64,000 bases of DNA. Source: Chloropicon primus (lineage: Eukaryota). Below, in pieces: positions 26,149 through 37,904 of the stretch. The stretch covers positions 1 through 64,000 of the forward strand of contig CP060769.1 of NCBI GenBank assembly GCA_023205875.1. The letters are read 5' to 3'. Position 1 is the stretch's first letter; every line of letters begins with the position of its first letter. The position numbers and the translations under genes were made by a program. Below the pieces are notes generated by a model. That model worked only from the letters and a program-made list of their open reading frames with translations, ran no database searches and had not been told where the DNA came from.

Positions 26149-26808
26149 CAAGCAGGCATGCGACCCTCACCACCACAGCCACCGCCACCGCCACCTTTGT
26201 TTTCTCTAACCCTTTGTACTCTGTTTTATATCTTATACTGTGTGTGTCTCAAAAACGTTATCGATAAAACGGGCCTCGAGGCAGCAATGCAATGCAGGAC
26301 AAGGACAAGGACGAGGACAAGGACGAGGACAAGGACGAGGACGAGGACCCCCTCCTCCTCCACTGCCGCTCCCCCCTTTGCTGCCTTGATCCCCTGTCCC
26401 TCCCTGGTCCCCTTGTCCGGCTCGCAATTCGCGTCCCTGAAGGGAGTGTCGTGGTGTCGTCGTACAAATCCAGACCCCCTCCGCTGCACCGTGTCTCAAC
26501 AGTTGATAAAATTTCTAGACTTTCTACTCGGAGTGAAAGACCTCCCCCACATACATTCGCCCCATCACGTCACCCCCGGAGTGGTTCCCCCACACTCGAG
26601 GTAACGCCACCCAACGAATACGTAACACTCGAAGATTCGAACTCAGGCGTCACCCTCACAGTTGTCCCCCAACCTTATGTGCTACGTCTATTGTAGAACG
26701 TCCGTTTGAGCCAGGCGACAGACAAGGAGCACCGCACCGCAGCGGAGCGGAGGGACAGAAGACGAGCGACGAGGACGACGACGACGAGCGACGAGGACGA
26801 CGACGACG

Positions 26809-27984
26809 ATGTCGATGGTAGAGCTAGCGAGTCACGAGGAGTTCTCCAAGGTGACGGACTCCTTGCACAAGGCGGTGGACCAGGCCTTGAGGGTAAGAAC
26901 AAAACGAAAACGAAAACGAAAACGAAACGAAAACGAACTCAAAAAGGAAGATGAATGAATGAATGAATTGAATGAATGAAAGGGAAATCCTCTGGCTTGA
27001 GCACGGACTGACTCCTGGTGATTTCTTTCTCTATGCAGTCCGCGTCTCTTTCTGACTGGAGCGAGAACGAGAGGCACTCGATACGTTCGCGGTTGTTTCA
27101 GATGACGGACAACGTGTTGCACAAGCTGAGGCTCGGGGTAGACTGCTCGGGACTCGGGGACCACATCGTGAACAAGAACGGGGAGCTCGTGCTTTACTCC
27201 GGAGAGTCTTACAACAAGATCCACCAGGAGGAGATCGAGAACCTTGAGCAAAAGGTGAGTCGAACACACCTCCTCCTCCTCCTCCTCTTATTCCTCTTTT
27301 CATCGCAAGCAAGCAAGCAATGAATGAATGAATGAATGAATGAATGCGCGTCGCGTCGTGTCGTGTCTCGTCGTCTCCCTCTTCTCTGACTCTTTCTTTC
27401 TTGCTTGCTTGCTTTGTGTTCTTCTTGCTTGGTCTGGAACCAACCCAACCTCCTTCGTGCGTGCGTAGGCGAACTCCCTGGCCAAGGAGCTCGAGGAGTG
27501 CCGCCAGGCGGTTCCTCAGAAGATCCTGCAGCAGCTCAAGACGCAACTGGACGCGGTGAGGCCGGACTGCGAGCTGAAGATCTCCGCGCAGGAGGAGAAC
27601 AGGGAGACCAAGAGAGCGAGGGTCGACCCCTCTGCCAAGGACAACGCGGAGGGCCTCAAGGACAAGCTTTCCTTCGCCTCCCAGAAGATGCCGGAGATCC
27701 GAGCCAAGATTGAGGAGGCCGTCGCCAGGACGGACCGAGTGATTCGAGCGATGGAGTACCAGGCCGCGGCCTCCAAGAGCGACGGCGAAGGCGAGGACAT
27801 CGGAAACCTCCAAAAGCTGCTGGGAGAAGGCGGCGAGGACGGCACCGAGAGCGGTGGAACGGACGGGGTGTCCCCGGCAATCAAGGAGGCGGAAGCCACG
27901 GGGCACGTCTCCGTGAGAAAGAAGTGGGCCAAGCTCATGAGCTTCTCCAGCCCCATGAAGTTCTCCCTCAAAGACGCCAGGTGA
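26809..27984 (+). CDS. Three-exon coiled-coil protein, possibly kinetochore Nsl1/Mis14-like; exons 26809-26892, 27039-27254, 27469-27984
   Basis: Two phase-0 GT-AG introns keep frame; CRQAVPQKIL and KMPEIRAKIE loosely resemble Mis14/Nsl1. Confidence 0.5.
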
Positions 27985-28640
27985 GCCGACATACGACCGA
28001 CGACCACGCAAGCTTCACGTACTTGTAATTGTAACTTTACCAAATGCACGTGTCCCAGCGCATCACTTACGCGCACAGAGACAAGTGCGAAGCCCCTCCC
28101 GTGATGCTTGACGCTACCCCCCGCCCTCCGTCCCCCTCCCGTCGGTCCTGAGTCCCTCCTCCCTCGCCCTCTCCTCCCTCCTGATGTCCGTTCGTTGATG
28201 CATTTTGGCCGAATTTCCAAGAATAATTTGAACGAAAGGCAACAGCCAGCCGAGCCACAGAGAGAGAGGTGGAGAGGTTGGCTTTGGACGAGACTGGAGG
28301 GTTTCTGGAGCCACTGTGGGACCAGGACGAGGGACACCTGGATGGAACAAGTCTTCCTCTTTCCATTAAGCCCTTCATCGATCCCTTGCGGGATAAAGTC
28401 GGGGCGAGACAAAGGCAGAGGCAGAGGCAGAGGCAGAGGCAGAGGTGGAGACAAAGGTATGGAGAACTTATCAGGGAGGTGACTTGAGGACGCCTGGGTG
28501 ATTGAGCCACGCTTTTGGTGCTCCTTGCGGCCTGGCTGAGACTTGTCAAGGACGAGGAGCGGCCAAGAGAGACGACAGAGGGGACAAAACAAGGGCAAGG
28601 ACGAGCAAGGAAGGAAGGAAGGGGTGTCGTCAAGTATCCT

Positions 28641-31600
28641 ATGATGGAGTTCCAAAGCGAAGACGCCGAGGTGGTCACGGCTTTCGGGAGCTGCTTCGGC
28701 ATCAGCCCAAACCACGGGAAGTTCGTGGAGGTGATAGATGAGAGCAAGGTGATCTTCGCCTCCGGCACGAGCCTCGCCGTGTTTGACTCTGCGATTAACA
28801 AGAGGGAGTACATCAGGAGCGACGAGACTTGGTTCCGGGTCCTGGCGAGTGCGGTGAACGAGGCAAAGACCCACTGCGCGATTGTGGTGCTGGCGGGGAA
28901 GCCTTCTATCCCCAAGGTGAGGAGGGCGAGCGTGATCCAGAGGAGGGGATCCGTCTTTGGACCCGTGGACACCAAAGGCGCGACGGGGGGGGACCGGCCA
29001 GCCTCGGGCAGGGAGAACCGACAGACTCACATTCCGGTCGCCATTGCGGTGGCTGACCTGTACACGCAGGAAGTGGAGCAGCAGATTCAGCTGTCCAAGT
29101 CTTACTTCTTCGACCCCACGAGCATCTGCTTCTGCTCTTACAGCCAGGACGGGAAGGTCATCTGCATAGGAACCAGCGAGCCGGAGAACAAGGTCATTGT
29201 GATCGACCCGAGGACGGGGGAGCTGCTTTTCACTTTCAACAACGAGCACAAGATGATTGACGTGAAGTTCACGGTGGAGAAGAGGTTCAAGCAGTCGGAG
29301 ATCTACGCCCTGATGGTCCTCAGCGCCAACAAGCTCCAGTCGTACAAGCAGGAGGACAGGAGAACGACCTTCACGAATTCAAAGACGATTGCTGTGAACA
29401 AGCAAGGCAAGTTCACGTGCATGTCGAACGCCATCAAGAGCGAGTACTTTGGCCTCGGAAGCAAGGACGGCAGCGTTGGGTTTTACAGCTACTCGTCCAC
29501 GGGGAAAGGCAGCAGTGAGCTGAAGAGGATTAACCTGAGCGGTAAGACGCCGTACTGCGTCACTGTGGTGAGGAACGGGAGCTACCTCCTGTGCGGCTGC
29601 AATGACGGGACCGTCATGGTCTTCGAGGATTACCACAGCATCGCCTCGTCGTCGGACGGCAACCAGGACGAGCGGAGGAGGAAGGCCAAGGTCAAGGGCA
29701 TCACCACGGACCGGGTTGGCTTCCAATACAGGATGAAGTGCTCTGTCAACCTGGTCCCGATGGGGCGGTCACCCGTGGTGAAGATCATGCTCGACCTGTC
29801 CACCTGCACTACGGTGGCCGTGGGAGCGATGAACCAGATCGCGGCCTACTCCACCCAGACCATCCTCTCCGGAAAGATCGCCTCGTCGACCGTGGAGAAT
29901 GATTATGGCGAGGTCAGCGAGATCCAGAAAGAGCTCTCCTCGTACACCGAGAGCGTCAACAGCGTGTGCTCCTCGCACTTCGGGACGGTCACCAGCATGG
30001 ACGTCTGCGTGAGCCAGGGCCTGATCGCCTCCTGCTCGACGGACAACACGGTGAGGGTCTGGGACGTGGATACCTTGGACTGCGAGGTGGTGGGCCACTT
30101 CCCATCCAAGCAGGACATGGAGGACGGGTTCAACGTGGAGAACCAGGTGATGACGACCTTGGGCCCTCCTGAGTACGTCGCGTTCTTGCCTGGGGGGTAC
30201 CACCTCGCCGTCTGCCACGATGAGACCCTCTCCCTCTTCTTCATCCTGCACAACAGGTTGGAGCTGGTGCACACGTTCCCCGTGTCCCACTGCTTCAAGT
30301 GTTTTGTCTCGAAAGGGGGCAACCTGATCGCAGCAATATCGGGAAACACTATCGAGGTCTTCCAGACGTTCCCGCCTTACGCGCACTTTGCGACCCTCAA
30401 GGGCCATCTCGGAGCCGTCTCGAGCCTTTGCTGGTCGAATGACGATCTGCGCATCGCGAGCACGTGCGTCCGGGGATCCGCGCTTCTGTGGGACATGAAC
30501 CCATCGTACAAGACCAAAACGGACAGGGTCATAAGATTGAAGCAGGAAGAGTACATCAGAAAGATAGACAGCTTCATTGACGTTGCAATTGACGACGTGG
30601 AGCCTACCCTGAAGGAGAGGTCCATCGTCGTCGCCAGCTTTGATGGGTCGCTACAGTTCCTGAAGGGGGGGAACGTGCAGCACAGGCTAGCCGCAAAGGG
30701 CTTGCAGGGCGACCGGGCCACGGTGGTCCGATTCACCACGGTCACGATGCACTACGAGAGCAATCTGACCAAGGATCTCAGGATGGTCGACGAGTACTTT
30801 CACAAGCAAGACAACAGGCCAAAGGTAGGGGTGATGCTCGTGGGGACACACACGGGAAATATCCTGGCGTTCACGAATTGGCGGAGGCTGCAGAAGGACT
30901 CGAGCAACACCGAGGCCACCCTTGGCGAGAGCGTGATGACGAGCACGAGGAGGCACGTCTTCCCGCGATCCCACAGCGAGTCCATCGTATCCATTTGCAC
31001 GATGGAATCGGAGAGCACCTCCAACAAGTTCAACACCGTGATCTCCTGCTGTGCGGGTGGAAACATCTGCATCTCTTACATGGCTCTGCAAGAGGGAATG
31101 GAGGACAGCTTCCGCAAGGACAACAAGAGCAAGCTTTTCTCTGGGGCGGAGGCCGTGTCTCAGTTCGTTTTGGTGCCCCACACCCTGATCAAGAACTTTG
31201 ACGCTGAGATCAAGGAATTCAAGGTGAGGGTTCAGGAGCTGAGCACCGAGGTGGAGTACCAGAGGGAGAGGGGGGCCAAGCAGCAGAGGGACACGCTGAA
31301 GGTCTTCACCGAGAAAGAAGCTAACCTTGCTTCGGAGTACAAGACCAAGATGGTGGACCTCGAGCAAGCTGTTGAAAAGGCAGAGAAGACCGCAGACGTT
31401 AAAGTGAAGGCCCTGTCGATTAAGCAGGAGGAGACTCTGGCCAAGATCGAAGAATCATTCGAGGCCAAGCTTTACAGGGAGCTCGAGATCTCGAACCAGT
31501 TGCGGGGAGAGGCCGAGGAAACCGCGGTAAAGCACAAGCACGAGGTGAACTCCATGAAGAACACTTTGGACGGGAAGTACGCAGACCTCGAGGCTAGGAT

Positions 31601-33032
31601 GGCGAACAAGGTGTCCTCGATGAAGGAAGCGCAAGAGGCCCTTGAGAAGGCCAAGGAGGAGAGCGAGAAGATGGCGGAGCACTTCCTGATTGAGACGGAG
31701 GATAACTACGACAATGACTTGGAGAGCGAGCTGATGCGGACTGCCCACTTGGAGAAGGACTTGAGGCAGAAGATCCACGACGCGAATCTGGAGGCCAGGA
31801 TGCACAAGAGGTCGTACGACCAGTTGGTCGAGAAATTGGAGAGGGAACAAAAGGAGGAGCACGACCACGTGGCCGAAAAGCAGAGGATGAGGGACCAGAT
31901 CGAGGACCTTGAGAAGGAGTGCCTCAAGTTCGAGGACCTGATCAAGGAAAGGGAGCAGCAACTGGTGGAAAAGGAGGAGGAGAACGAGCAGCTCGTCAAG
32001 GAAAACAACGAGAAAGAGAAGCAAATTTTCTTGCACCAAGAGCTGCAGAGGGACATGAAGGAGAGGTTCGTGCCCATCAAGGAGAGGCTCGAGGTCGTGG
32101 ACGAGAGGATCCTTCTTCAAGATGCTGAGGTGGAGAAGCAGTTCAACAAGCTCCGCGGTCAGAAAGTTCAGATTGATGACAAGGACAGGCTGATCCGAAC
32201 GCTCCGCACTGAACTGAACAAGGAAGTGGAGAAGGCGAGAATTCTTTCGGCAAAGCTGGATCAGAAGGAGTACCAAGAGCTTCACCGGCCCAAGGAGCGC
32301 CGTGCGACCGTGGATCCGAGGGGCAGCCGGGGAAGGTCCAGCAGGCCTCAGAGGCCGCAATCGAGTCCCGTTTACCGCGGCAGCGGCGTGAAGGGAATGG
32401 CGAGACCGTCGGTCGGGGCCCCGGGACAGCCGATGAAGAACAATTTGATCAGGGTCAGCAACGAGGAGGAAGAATCGAAGATGGTTCATGAGTTCCAGAG
32501 GCAGAGGAATGTCATGGAAAAGCAGGGCAACAGCTTCTTGAGGCGCGCCACTTACTTTGAGGAGAAGGTGAACGAGGTGTCCGAGCAGAGGATGTCCGAG
32601 AACAGGGAGCTCTTGGACGAGAACATCAAGCTCAGGAAGAGGCTCAAGGAGGCGGAGAGAAAGATTCAGATTCACGAGTCGACGGCCTTGCAGAAGAGCA
32701 CCGCCTCGAAGCTCGAGTCCCATCATCAGGATGACAGAGCCTCGGACAGCGGGAGCGAGAGACCTCGGCCCAAGTCTGCTATGACACGGAGGCCCGTGTC
32801 CGGCAGTCTCGCTCGGGGCTCCACAAGCCGATTGATCAAGTCGGTCTCCGCAGCTGACAAGGAGAAGATCAACACCCTGATGTCTGAGTTGAAGGTGAAG
32901 AACATCAAGACGAAGGAGCAGAGCGACGAAATTAACCGACTCAGGAACATGGTGAACACTTACCGGGACGAGAAGGTACTGTCCGCAAGGTTGCTAAGGC
33001 CAGCTTCGGCTCCGCCTAAGAGGTGGAAGTAA
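28641..33032 (+). CDS. CFAP57/WDR65-like axonemal WD40 + coiled-coil protein
   Basis: HFGTVTSMDVC..LIASCSTDNTVRVWD, LKGH..VSSLCWS, long coiled coil with EFQRQR..ENRELLDENIKLR. Confidence 0.75.
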   Translation: MMEFQSEDAEVVTAFGSCFGISPNHGKFVEVIDESKVIFASGTSLAVFDSAINKREYIRSDETWFRVLASAVNEAKTHCAIVVLAGKPSIPKVRRASVIQRRGSVFGPVDTKGATGGDRPASGRENRQTHIPVAIAVADLYTQEVEQQIQLSKSYFFDPTSICFCSYSQDGKVICIGTSEPENKVIVIDPRTGELLFTFNNEHKMIDVKFTVEKRFKQSEIYALMVLSANKLQSYKQEDRRTTFTNSKTIAVNKQGKFTCMSNAIKSEYFGLGSKDGSVGFYSYSSTGKGSSELKRINLSGKTPYCVTVVRNGSYLLCGCNDGTVMVFEDYHSIASSSDGNQDERRRKAKVKGITTDRVGFQYRMKCSVNLVPMGRSPVVKIMLDLSTCTTVAVGAMNQIAAYSTQTILSGKIASSTVENDYGEVSEIQKELSSYTESVNSVCSSHFGTVTSMDVCVSQGLIASCSTDNTVRVWDVDTLDCEVVGHFPSKQDMEDGFNVENQVMTTLGPPEYVAFLPGGYHLAVCHDETLSLFFILHNRLELVHTFPVSHCFKCFVSKGGNLIAAISGNTIEVFQTFPPYAHFATLKGHLGAVSSLCWSNDDLRIASTCVRGSALLWDMNPSYKTKTDRVIRLKQEEYIRKIDSFIDVAIDDVEPTLKERSIVVASFDGSLQFLKGGNVQHRLAAKGLQGDRATVVRFTTVTMHYESNLTKDLRMVDEYFHKQDNRPKVGVMLVGTHTGNILAFTNWRRLQKDSSNTEATLGESVMTSTRRHVFPRSHSESIVSICTMESESTSNKFNTVISCCAGGNICISYMALQEGMEDSFRKDNKSKLFSGAEAVSQFVLVPHTLIKNFDAEIKEFKVRVQELSTEVEYQRERGAKQQRDTLKVFTEKEANLASEYKTKMVDLEQAVEKAEKTADVKVKALSIKQEETLAKIEESFEAKLYRELEISNQLRGEAEETAVKHKHEVNSMKNTLDGKYADLEARMANKVSSMKEAQEALEKAKEESEKMAEHFLIETEDNYDNDLESELMRTAHLEKDLRQKIHDANLEARMHKRSYDQLVEKLEREQKEEHDHVAEKQRMRDQIEDLEKECLKFEDLIKEREQQLVEKEEENEQLVKENNEKEKQIFLHQELQRDMKERFVPIKERLEVVDERILLQDAEVEKQFNKLRGQKVQIDDKDRLIRTLRTELNKEVEKARILSAKLDQKEYQELHRPKERRATVDPRGSRGRSSRPQRPQSSPVYRGSGVKGMARPSVGAPGQPMKNNLIRVSNEEEESKMVHEFQRQRNVMEKQGNSFLRRATYFEEKVNEVSEQRMSENRELLDENIKLRKRLKEAERKIQIHESTALQKSTASKLESHHQDDRASDSGSERPRPKSAMTRRPVSGSLARGSTSRLIKSVSAADKEKINTLMSELKVKNIKTKEQSDEINRLRNMVNTYRDEKVLSARLLRPASAPPKRWK

Positions 33033-33173
33033 AGCTCAATGCTCTCACGATGAGCCAAACTGTATCAATCCATCATTTGTGTATACACAACCATAATCAC
33101 CTTCTCCCTTTCCCAGCAAGTTCGGGGACGCCGACGAGACCAAGGCGCCCTCTGACGCAAACCGCCTTTCCTA

Positions 33174-33453
33174 CCCCGCCTACCACCATCTTCCACACCC
33201 ATTCCTCCTCCCTCCTCGTCAGTTACTGACCAACCGTCTTTCCCGCTGAAAGGCCAAAGTCTGAAATCTTGGTTCTGTACGACAGAGAGAGAGAGGAGGA
33301 GGAGGAGGACGATGGGAACGAAACGGCCATTCCTCCCCCGCCTACCACCATCCTCCACACCACCCACACCCATTCCTCCTCCCTCCTCGTCAGTTACTGA
33401 CCGACCGTCTTTCCCGCCAAGGTATGAAATCTTGGTTCTGTACGACAGAGAGA

Positions 33454-33484
<31 letters not shown>

Positions 33485-33502
33485 GAGGAGGAGGACGATG
33501 GG
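33174..33502. repeat. Tandem duplication of the 5' flank plus start codon of the next gene
   Basis: CCCCGCCTACCACCATC...GAAATCTTGGTTCTGTACGACAGAGAG...GGACGATGGG at 33174-33316 and 33336-33502. Confidence 0.9.
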
Positions 33503-34316
33503 TGCGTTGACGCATTGGGTGTCTCGGCGGACGAGGGTGAAGGAGGCAGAGGGTGAGGGGGATGGAGAGGACACACCAGGGACAAGCGCCTCGACGAGTG
33601 CGAAGGAGATAACCAAACCCAAACTCAAACCCAAACCCAAACCCAAGGCCAAGGCCAAGCCAGTGGGTGAAGGTGGAGGGAGCGAGAGAGAGGAGGAGGG
33701 GGGGGAGGGGAGGAGCCCGGACGAGGTCTGGCTGTCGACCCAGGGGAAGAGGAGGCACCCGCTTGGTTTCGTCCTCGCCTCGAGCGAGGCTTACGCCTTG
33801 GAGCCCACAAAGAATTCCAGGTGGCTCGCGGAGCAGAACTCGATTCGGTTCAAGATGTGGCCCGTGTTCCTTTCCGTGCTCGTGGACTTGCTCACGAATG
33901 CTTACACGGAGCCGGTCTACTCGAACAAGAGAACGGTTCACGCTTTGGTGTTCAGCTGTCAGATATGCACGCTTCTCCTCACCGTGACCTCTTTCGTGGT
34001 CCTCGTGGGCGGTGACAGCGCCTCGTTGACGCAGGCTGACTATTACGTCAGAGTCTTCTCGGAGAACAAAGCTATGCTTTTCTTCTGCCTCCTCAACGTT
34101 TTGGTGATGTGCACCTGCAGAATCATGAAACTCATCCTCCTGTTTGAGAACTATCCACACGCTGCCATCACCCAGCACCTTCCTTACAGGTTTTTGTACG
34201 GCACGCACCAAGTGGTCTCCACCCTGTACTACATCACGCTCTTCCAGAGCGTCCTGTCGGTCTGCAAGCACTACTGCATGAACGACCCCGCCAAAAGCAA
34301 GGGAAACAAGGTATAG
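33498..34316 (+). CDS. TMEM138-like ciliary membrane protein
   Basis: VDLLTNAYTE, VFSCQI, LYGTHQVVSTLYY match the TMEM138 pattern; about four hydrophobic segments. Confidence 0.6.
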   Translation: MGALTHWVSRRTRVKEAEGEGDGEDTPGTSASTSAKEITKPKLKPKPKPKAKAKPVGEGGGSEREEEGGEGRSPDEVWLSTQGKRRHPLGFVLASSEAYALEPTKNSRWLAEQNSIRFKMWPVFLSVLVDLLTNAYTEPVYSNKRTVHALVFSCQICTLLLTVTSFVVLVGGDSASLTQADYYVRVFSENKAMLFFCLLNVLVMCTCRIMKLILLFENYPHAAITQHLPYRFLYGTHQVVSTLYYITLFQSVLSVCKHYCMNDPAKSKGNKV

Positions 34317-34780
34317 CCTTTGAACTTGTCGGAGATAAAGCTTGGAGACCAATCGCATCGCATCAATCGCATCGCATCGCATCGAGACTGAGGGGACTCC
34401 TCCGTATTGCGGACACGGCAGAGAGAGAGAGTCCAAGTCCACCACCCTTAGCGAAGGGAGGCACACGCAATCGTTCTGCCTTTGGCATTGTTTCCTATCG
34501 TATTGTATTCCTATTCCTATTATCATGTCCACCACCACCACCGACGCCGACAGAAGCTCCGAGCGTTAGACAAACCCAAACCAACCTGGGTTGAGCCCTG
34601 TGGATGTGGATCCAGCTCCAGAGGACAAGACAAGTCAATGATCCACGTCCAGAGACAATGTCCAGTCCAGTGCATGCTTCCTCCCCTCCCCTTGCCTTGC
34701 CTTGCCTTGCTCCCTTCCTTGGCGTTGGCTTGGCTTGCTCCTGGTGTCTGGTCTGCAGAAGGAGAGCGAGGGAATTCTTC

Positions 34781-37473
34781 ATGAGCACGCGCTTGCTTCC
34801 GCTTCCTCGAGGAAGGTTGTTCGTTGCTCAAGGAGGAAAGGAAAGCGGAGGAGGGCGAGAGGGGAGGAGGAGGACGGCGAGGACGAGGCGCACGACAACG
34901 ACACCTTTGGGACGGAACCTTTGGAGCGAAACGAGTACGAGAACGAGAACGAGAAGGATGGCGAAAGGTGGAAAGGAGGAGGTGGTGAGGGAGCCATTGG
35001 AGATGGAGAGGGAGGCTTCGTTGTTCGAAGACCTGGCGAGGACGAGGGAGTTCAAGAAGGGGTGGATCACGAGAATGTCCTCGAGGTCGGGACCTGATGC
35101 GGCGTCGCTTTCCGTCTTGGTGTCTGCCGCTCAGAGGAACATCTCTCTCAACAAGCAGCGGAAAACCTTGACGCACGTGAGAGTCCCCATCACGACGGGA
35201 ACGGCGTCTGGGACGGCGAGCAGTGCCGAAGCTCCGGCGGCATTCGGTCTGCACCTTCCCCAGGACTGCGCAATGCTCCAGGTCTCGCCCTCTGGTGACC
35301 GCGTGCTCTTCGCTCGCGTCCTCGCCGGAGCCGAGGCGGAGAAGACCAGCGTGATCTGGGAGCTCTGCACGAGGGAAGGACACTTGCTCAAGGAGTTCCA
35401 CGTCCCTGGGAGTTGCCATGGAGCAGTGTACCCGGAGGGATACATCAGCAGGGGGATCACTTGGTCCCCTGACGAGAAGACTGTGGCATACGTCGCAGAA
35501 GTCCCCGCCAAACACAAGACTCCGATATGGGGCACCGACCTGGTTTGCAACTCGGACCTGGCGAACGACGAGGAGAAGGGGACCAAGGCCACTGCTGGGT
35601 CTTGGACGGGCCTTGGGGCCCACGAGGAGGATTGGGGCGAGCTCTTCGTGAACAAGAAAAAGGCTGCAGTGTATTTGCTGGACCTCGAGGACGGGAAAGT
35701 CGCGCAGGTTCGACCTCAATTGATGAAGGGAGACACGACGGAGGAGTCTGACCCGTACGGCGAGATGGATGCTGTGACGTGCGGCAAGCCAAGCTTCTCC
35801 GCCGACGGCAAGATGATCCTCTTCACTTGCTGGCCCCACATCCAGAGGGATTGGGTGGATGAGGAAGGCAACATCGTTGCCGCGAAGAAGCTGGGTTTGG
35901 TGTATTGCTACAGCAGGGCGTGTTACCTGCAGGTCGCCAAGTGCGAGGCCGTGTGGAAGGCGAGGGAAGACAAAGAGAGCGGCCCCGTGGCCTACTATTT
36001 GCTGACAGGGCACTCCAGCAGTCACAGTGCCGTCTTCCATCCCGAGACCAGAAAAACCACAGCCGAGGGCGTGGAGGGTGTGGAGATCTACAAGGTCTTG
36101 TTCCTGTCCCATGAAAGCGCGTACAACACGGGAGCGCACAACACCTGCGCCGAGCTTTGCAGTGTCGAGTTCGCTTGCGATGACAAGGGGTTCAACGTGA
36201 ACTACCACGAGAAGGGGAAGTGCGAAAAGGTCATATCGTACGACAGTAAGGTTGTTGTGCCTACTGTGGGAACCCCAAAGAAAGAGACCTTGGATTCCAA
36301 GGCGGCGTTTCAGGGCCTCTATTGCTCGGAAATTTGCGAGAATGCGATTCACAAGGACACCTTGTACCTGTCCTCGATCCACAGGTGCGCTATCGTGGTT
36401 TTGGCCATCAACTTGGGGACGGGGAAGGTGAAAATCATCACGGATGCGGAGAAATGCCACACCATTATCGGTGCGGGCGAGGGGAGGCTCCTCGTCTCCA
36501 CCTCCTCCCCAGGCGAGATCCCGAGCGTCCTCCTGTACGACGTCGCAAAGGGGGAGTTCTCTCCGGTTTTGGCACCGAAGCAGGACGAGGCGACCAAGAC
36601 GGAGGTCAGCGTGAAGATTCAGCAGCACTACGACAACTTTGATTCGATTCTGCTCACTCCGACCCACTCTGGGGCTCTGGACACTGTTTTGCTGATGCCC
36701 CACGGAGGCCCTCACAGTGCCCACACCTGTGGTTGGGTGTTGTACTACGAGTTCCTTCTGCAGCTTGGCTACACCCTCCTTCTGGTGAACTACAGGGGCA
36801 GCATCGGTTTTGGCAACGACAGCTTGCTGAGTCTGCCAGGAAATGTGGGCACCAACGATGTGAGTGATTGCATGCAGGCGCTTGACCACACTTTGAGCGA
36901 GAACGAGAACCTCAAGAAGGTTGGGGTGATGGGTGGAAGCCATGGGGGCTTCCTGACCTTGCACTTGCTTGGCCAGCACTCCGATCGCTTTGACGTTGGT
37001 ATCGCCAGGAACCCTGTCACCAGTATCGCTGGCATGGTCTCCGCCACGGACATTCCCGAGTGGTGCTACTGCGAGGCATTGGGTGTCGGTGCCCGACCAA
37101 GGTGCTTTGGGCCAACCGCAGAGGACCTGGATAAGATGCTGAGAGCCTCCCCCATCTACCACGCGAAGAACGTTAAGGCCCCCACCCTGTGGCTCCTCGG
37201 AAAGGAAGACAAGAGAGTCAGACCCCTGGCAGCGATGGATTACATAGCGTAAGTGCGGGTTTCATTATTCCGGAACCACCAAAAGACTCTGAAAAGTTCT
37301 TGAACTAACTCTCCGGTCTTCGCTTCCGCAGGTGCTTGAAATCGAAGGGGCTTCCACTGAAGACTGTGATGTTCCCAAAGGACTCCCATCCCTTGTCATC
37401 GCCCCAGACAGAATTTGAGTCCTTCATCAACGTGGCGTGGTGGCTCAAGAAACATCTTTATGAGACCGGCTGA
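34781..37473 (+). CDS. APEH: Acylamino-acid-releasing enzyme (S9 peptidase); exons 34781-37248, 37332-37473
   Basis: PHGGPHS, VNYRGSIGFG, GGSHGG nucleophile, EDKRV Asp, DSHPL His in the last exon. Confidence 0.92.
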
Positions 37474-37626
37474 AAATAAGCGCGTTCGTGTTTTAATAAC
37501 ATACATCTCACATCAATCATCACCAATCATCCTGCTGTCTATTTGCCATATTGTGTATATTTGCACACCAAATGCGCGTCCAACAGAACAAAAACCAAAC
37601 AGCCCCCGTCCCTCCACCTCCACCTG

Positions 37627-37660
<34 letters not shown>

Positions 37661-37904
37661 CCATCGTCGTCCCCTATCCATCCCGATCCCGATCCGGCCG
37701 TTGGCCTGGTGTCTGTTGAGAATCTCATCTCCTCGTGGAGGGAAGAATTGCATGAATTCTTCCATTTCGTTCATTTAAATCCAAGAATTGACAGATGGAG
37801 GATCAAAACTAGGGGAAAGGACATCATTGAGTGATGGCGCACGGGGCGGCGACCCTTGCGACAACGACTTTGTAGACGCTTGCTTGCTTGCTTGCTTGGC
37901 CGCC

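Noticed and set aside
26600..26690. B-box-like GTTCGAATC on the minus strand (possible tRNA or SINE)
   Set aside because: No T-stem or cloverleaf can be formed
34523..37162. Long antisense ORFs (879 aa here; also 13140-14690, 15617-17374, 19807-21588, 53351-55180)
   Set aside because: Shadows of high-GC3 sense genes; no recognisable motifs
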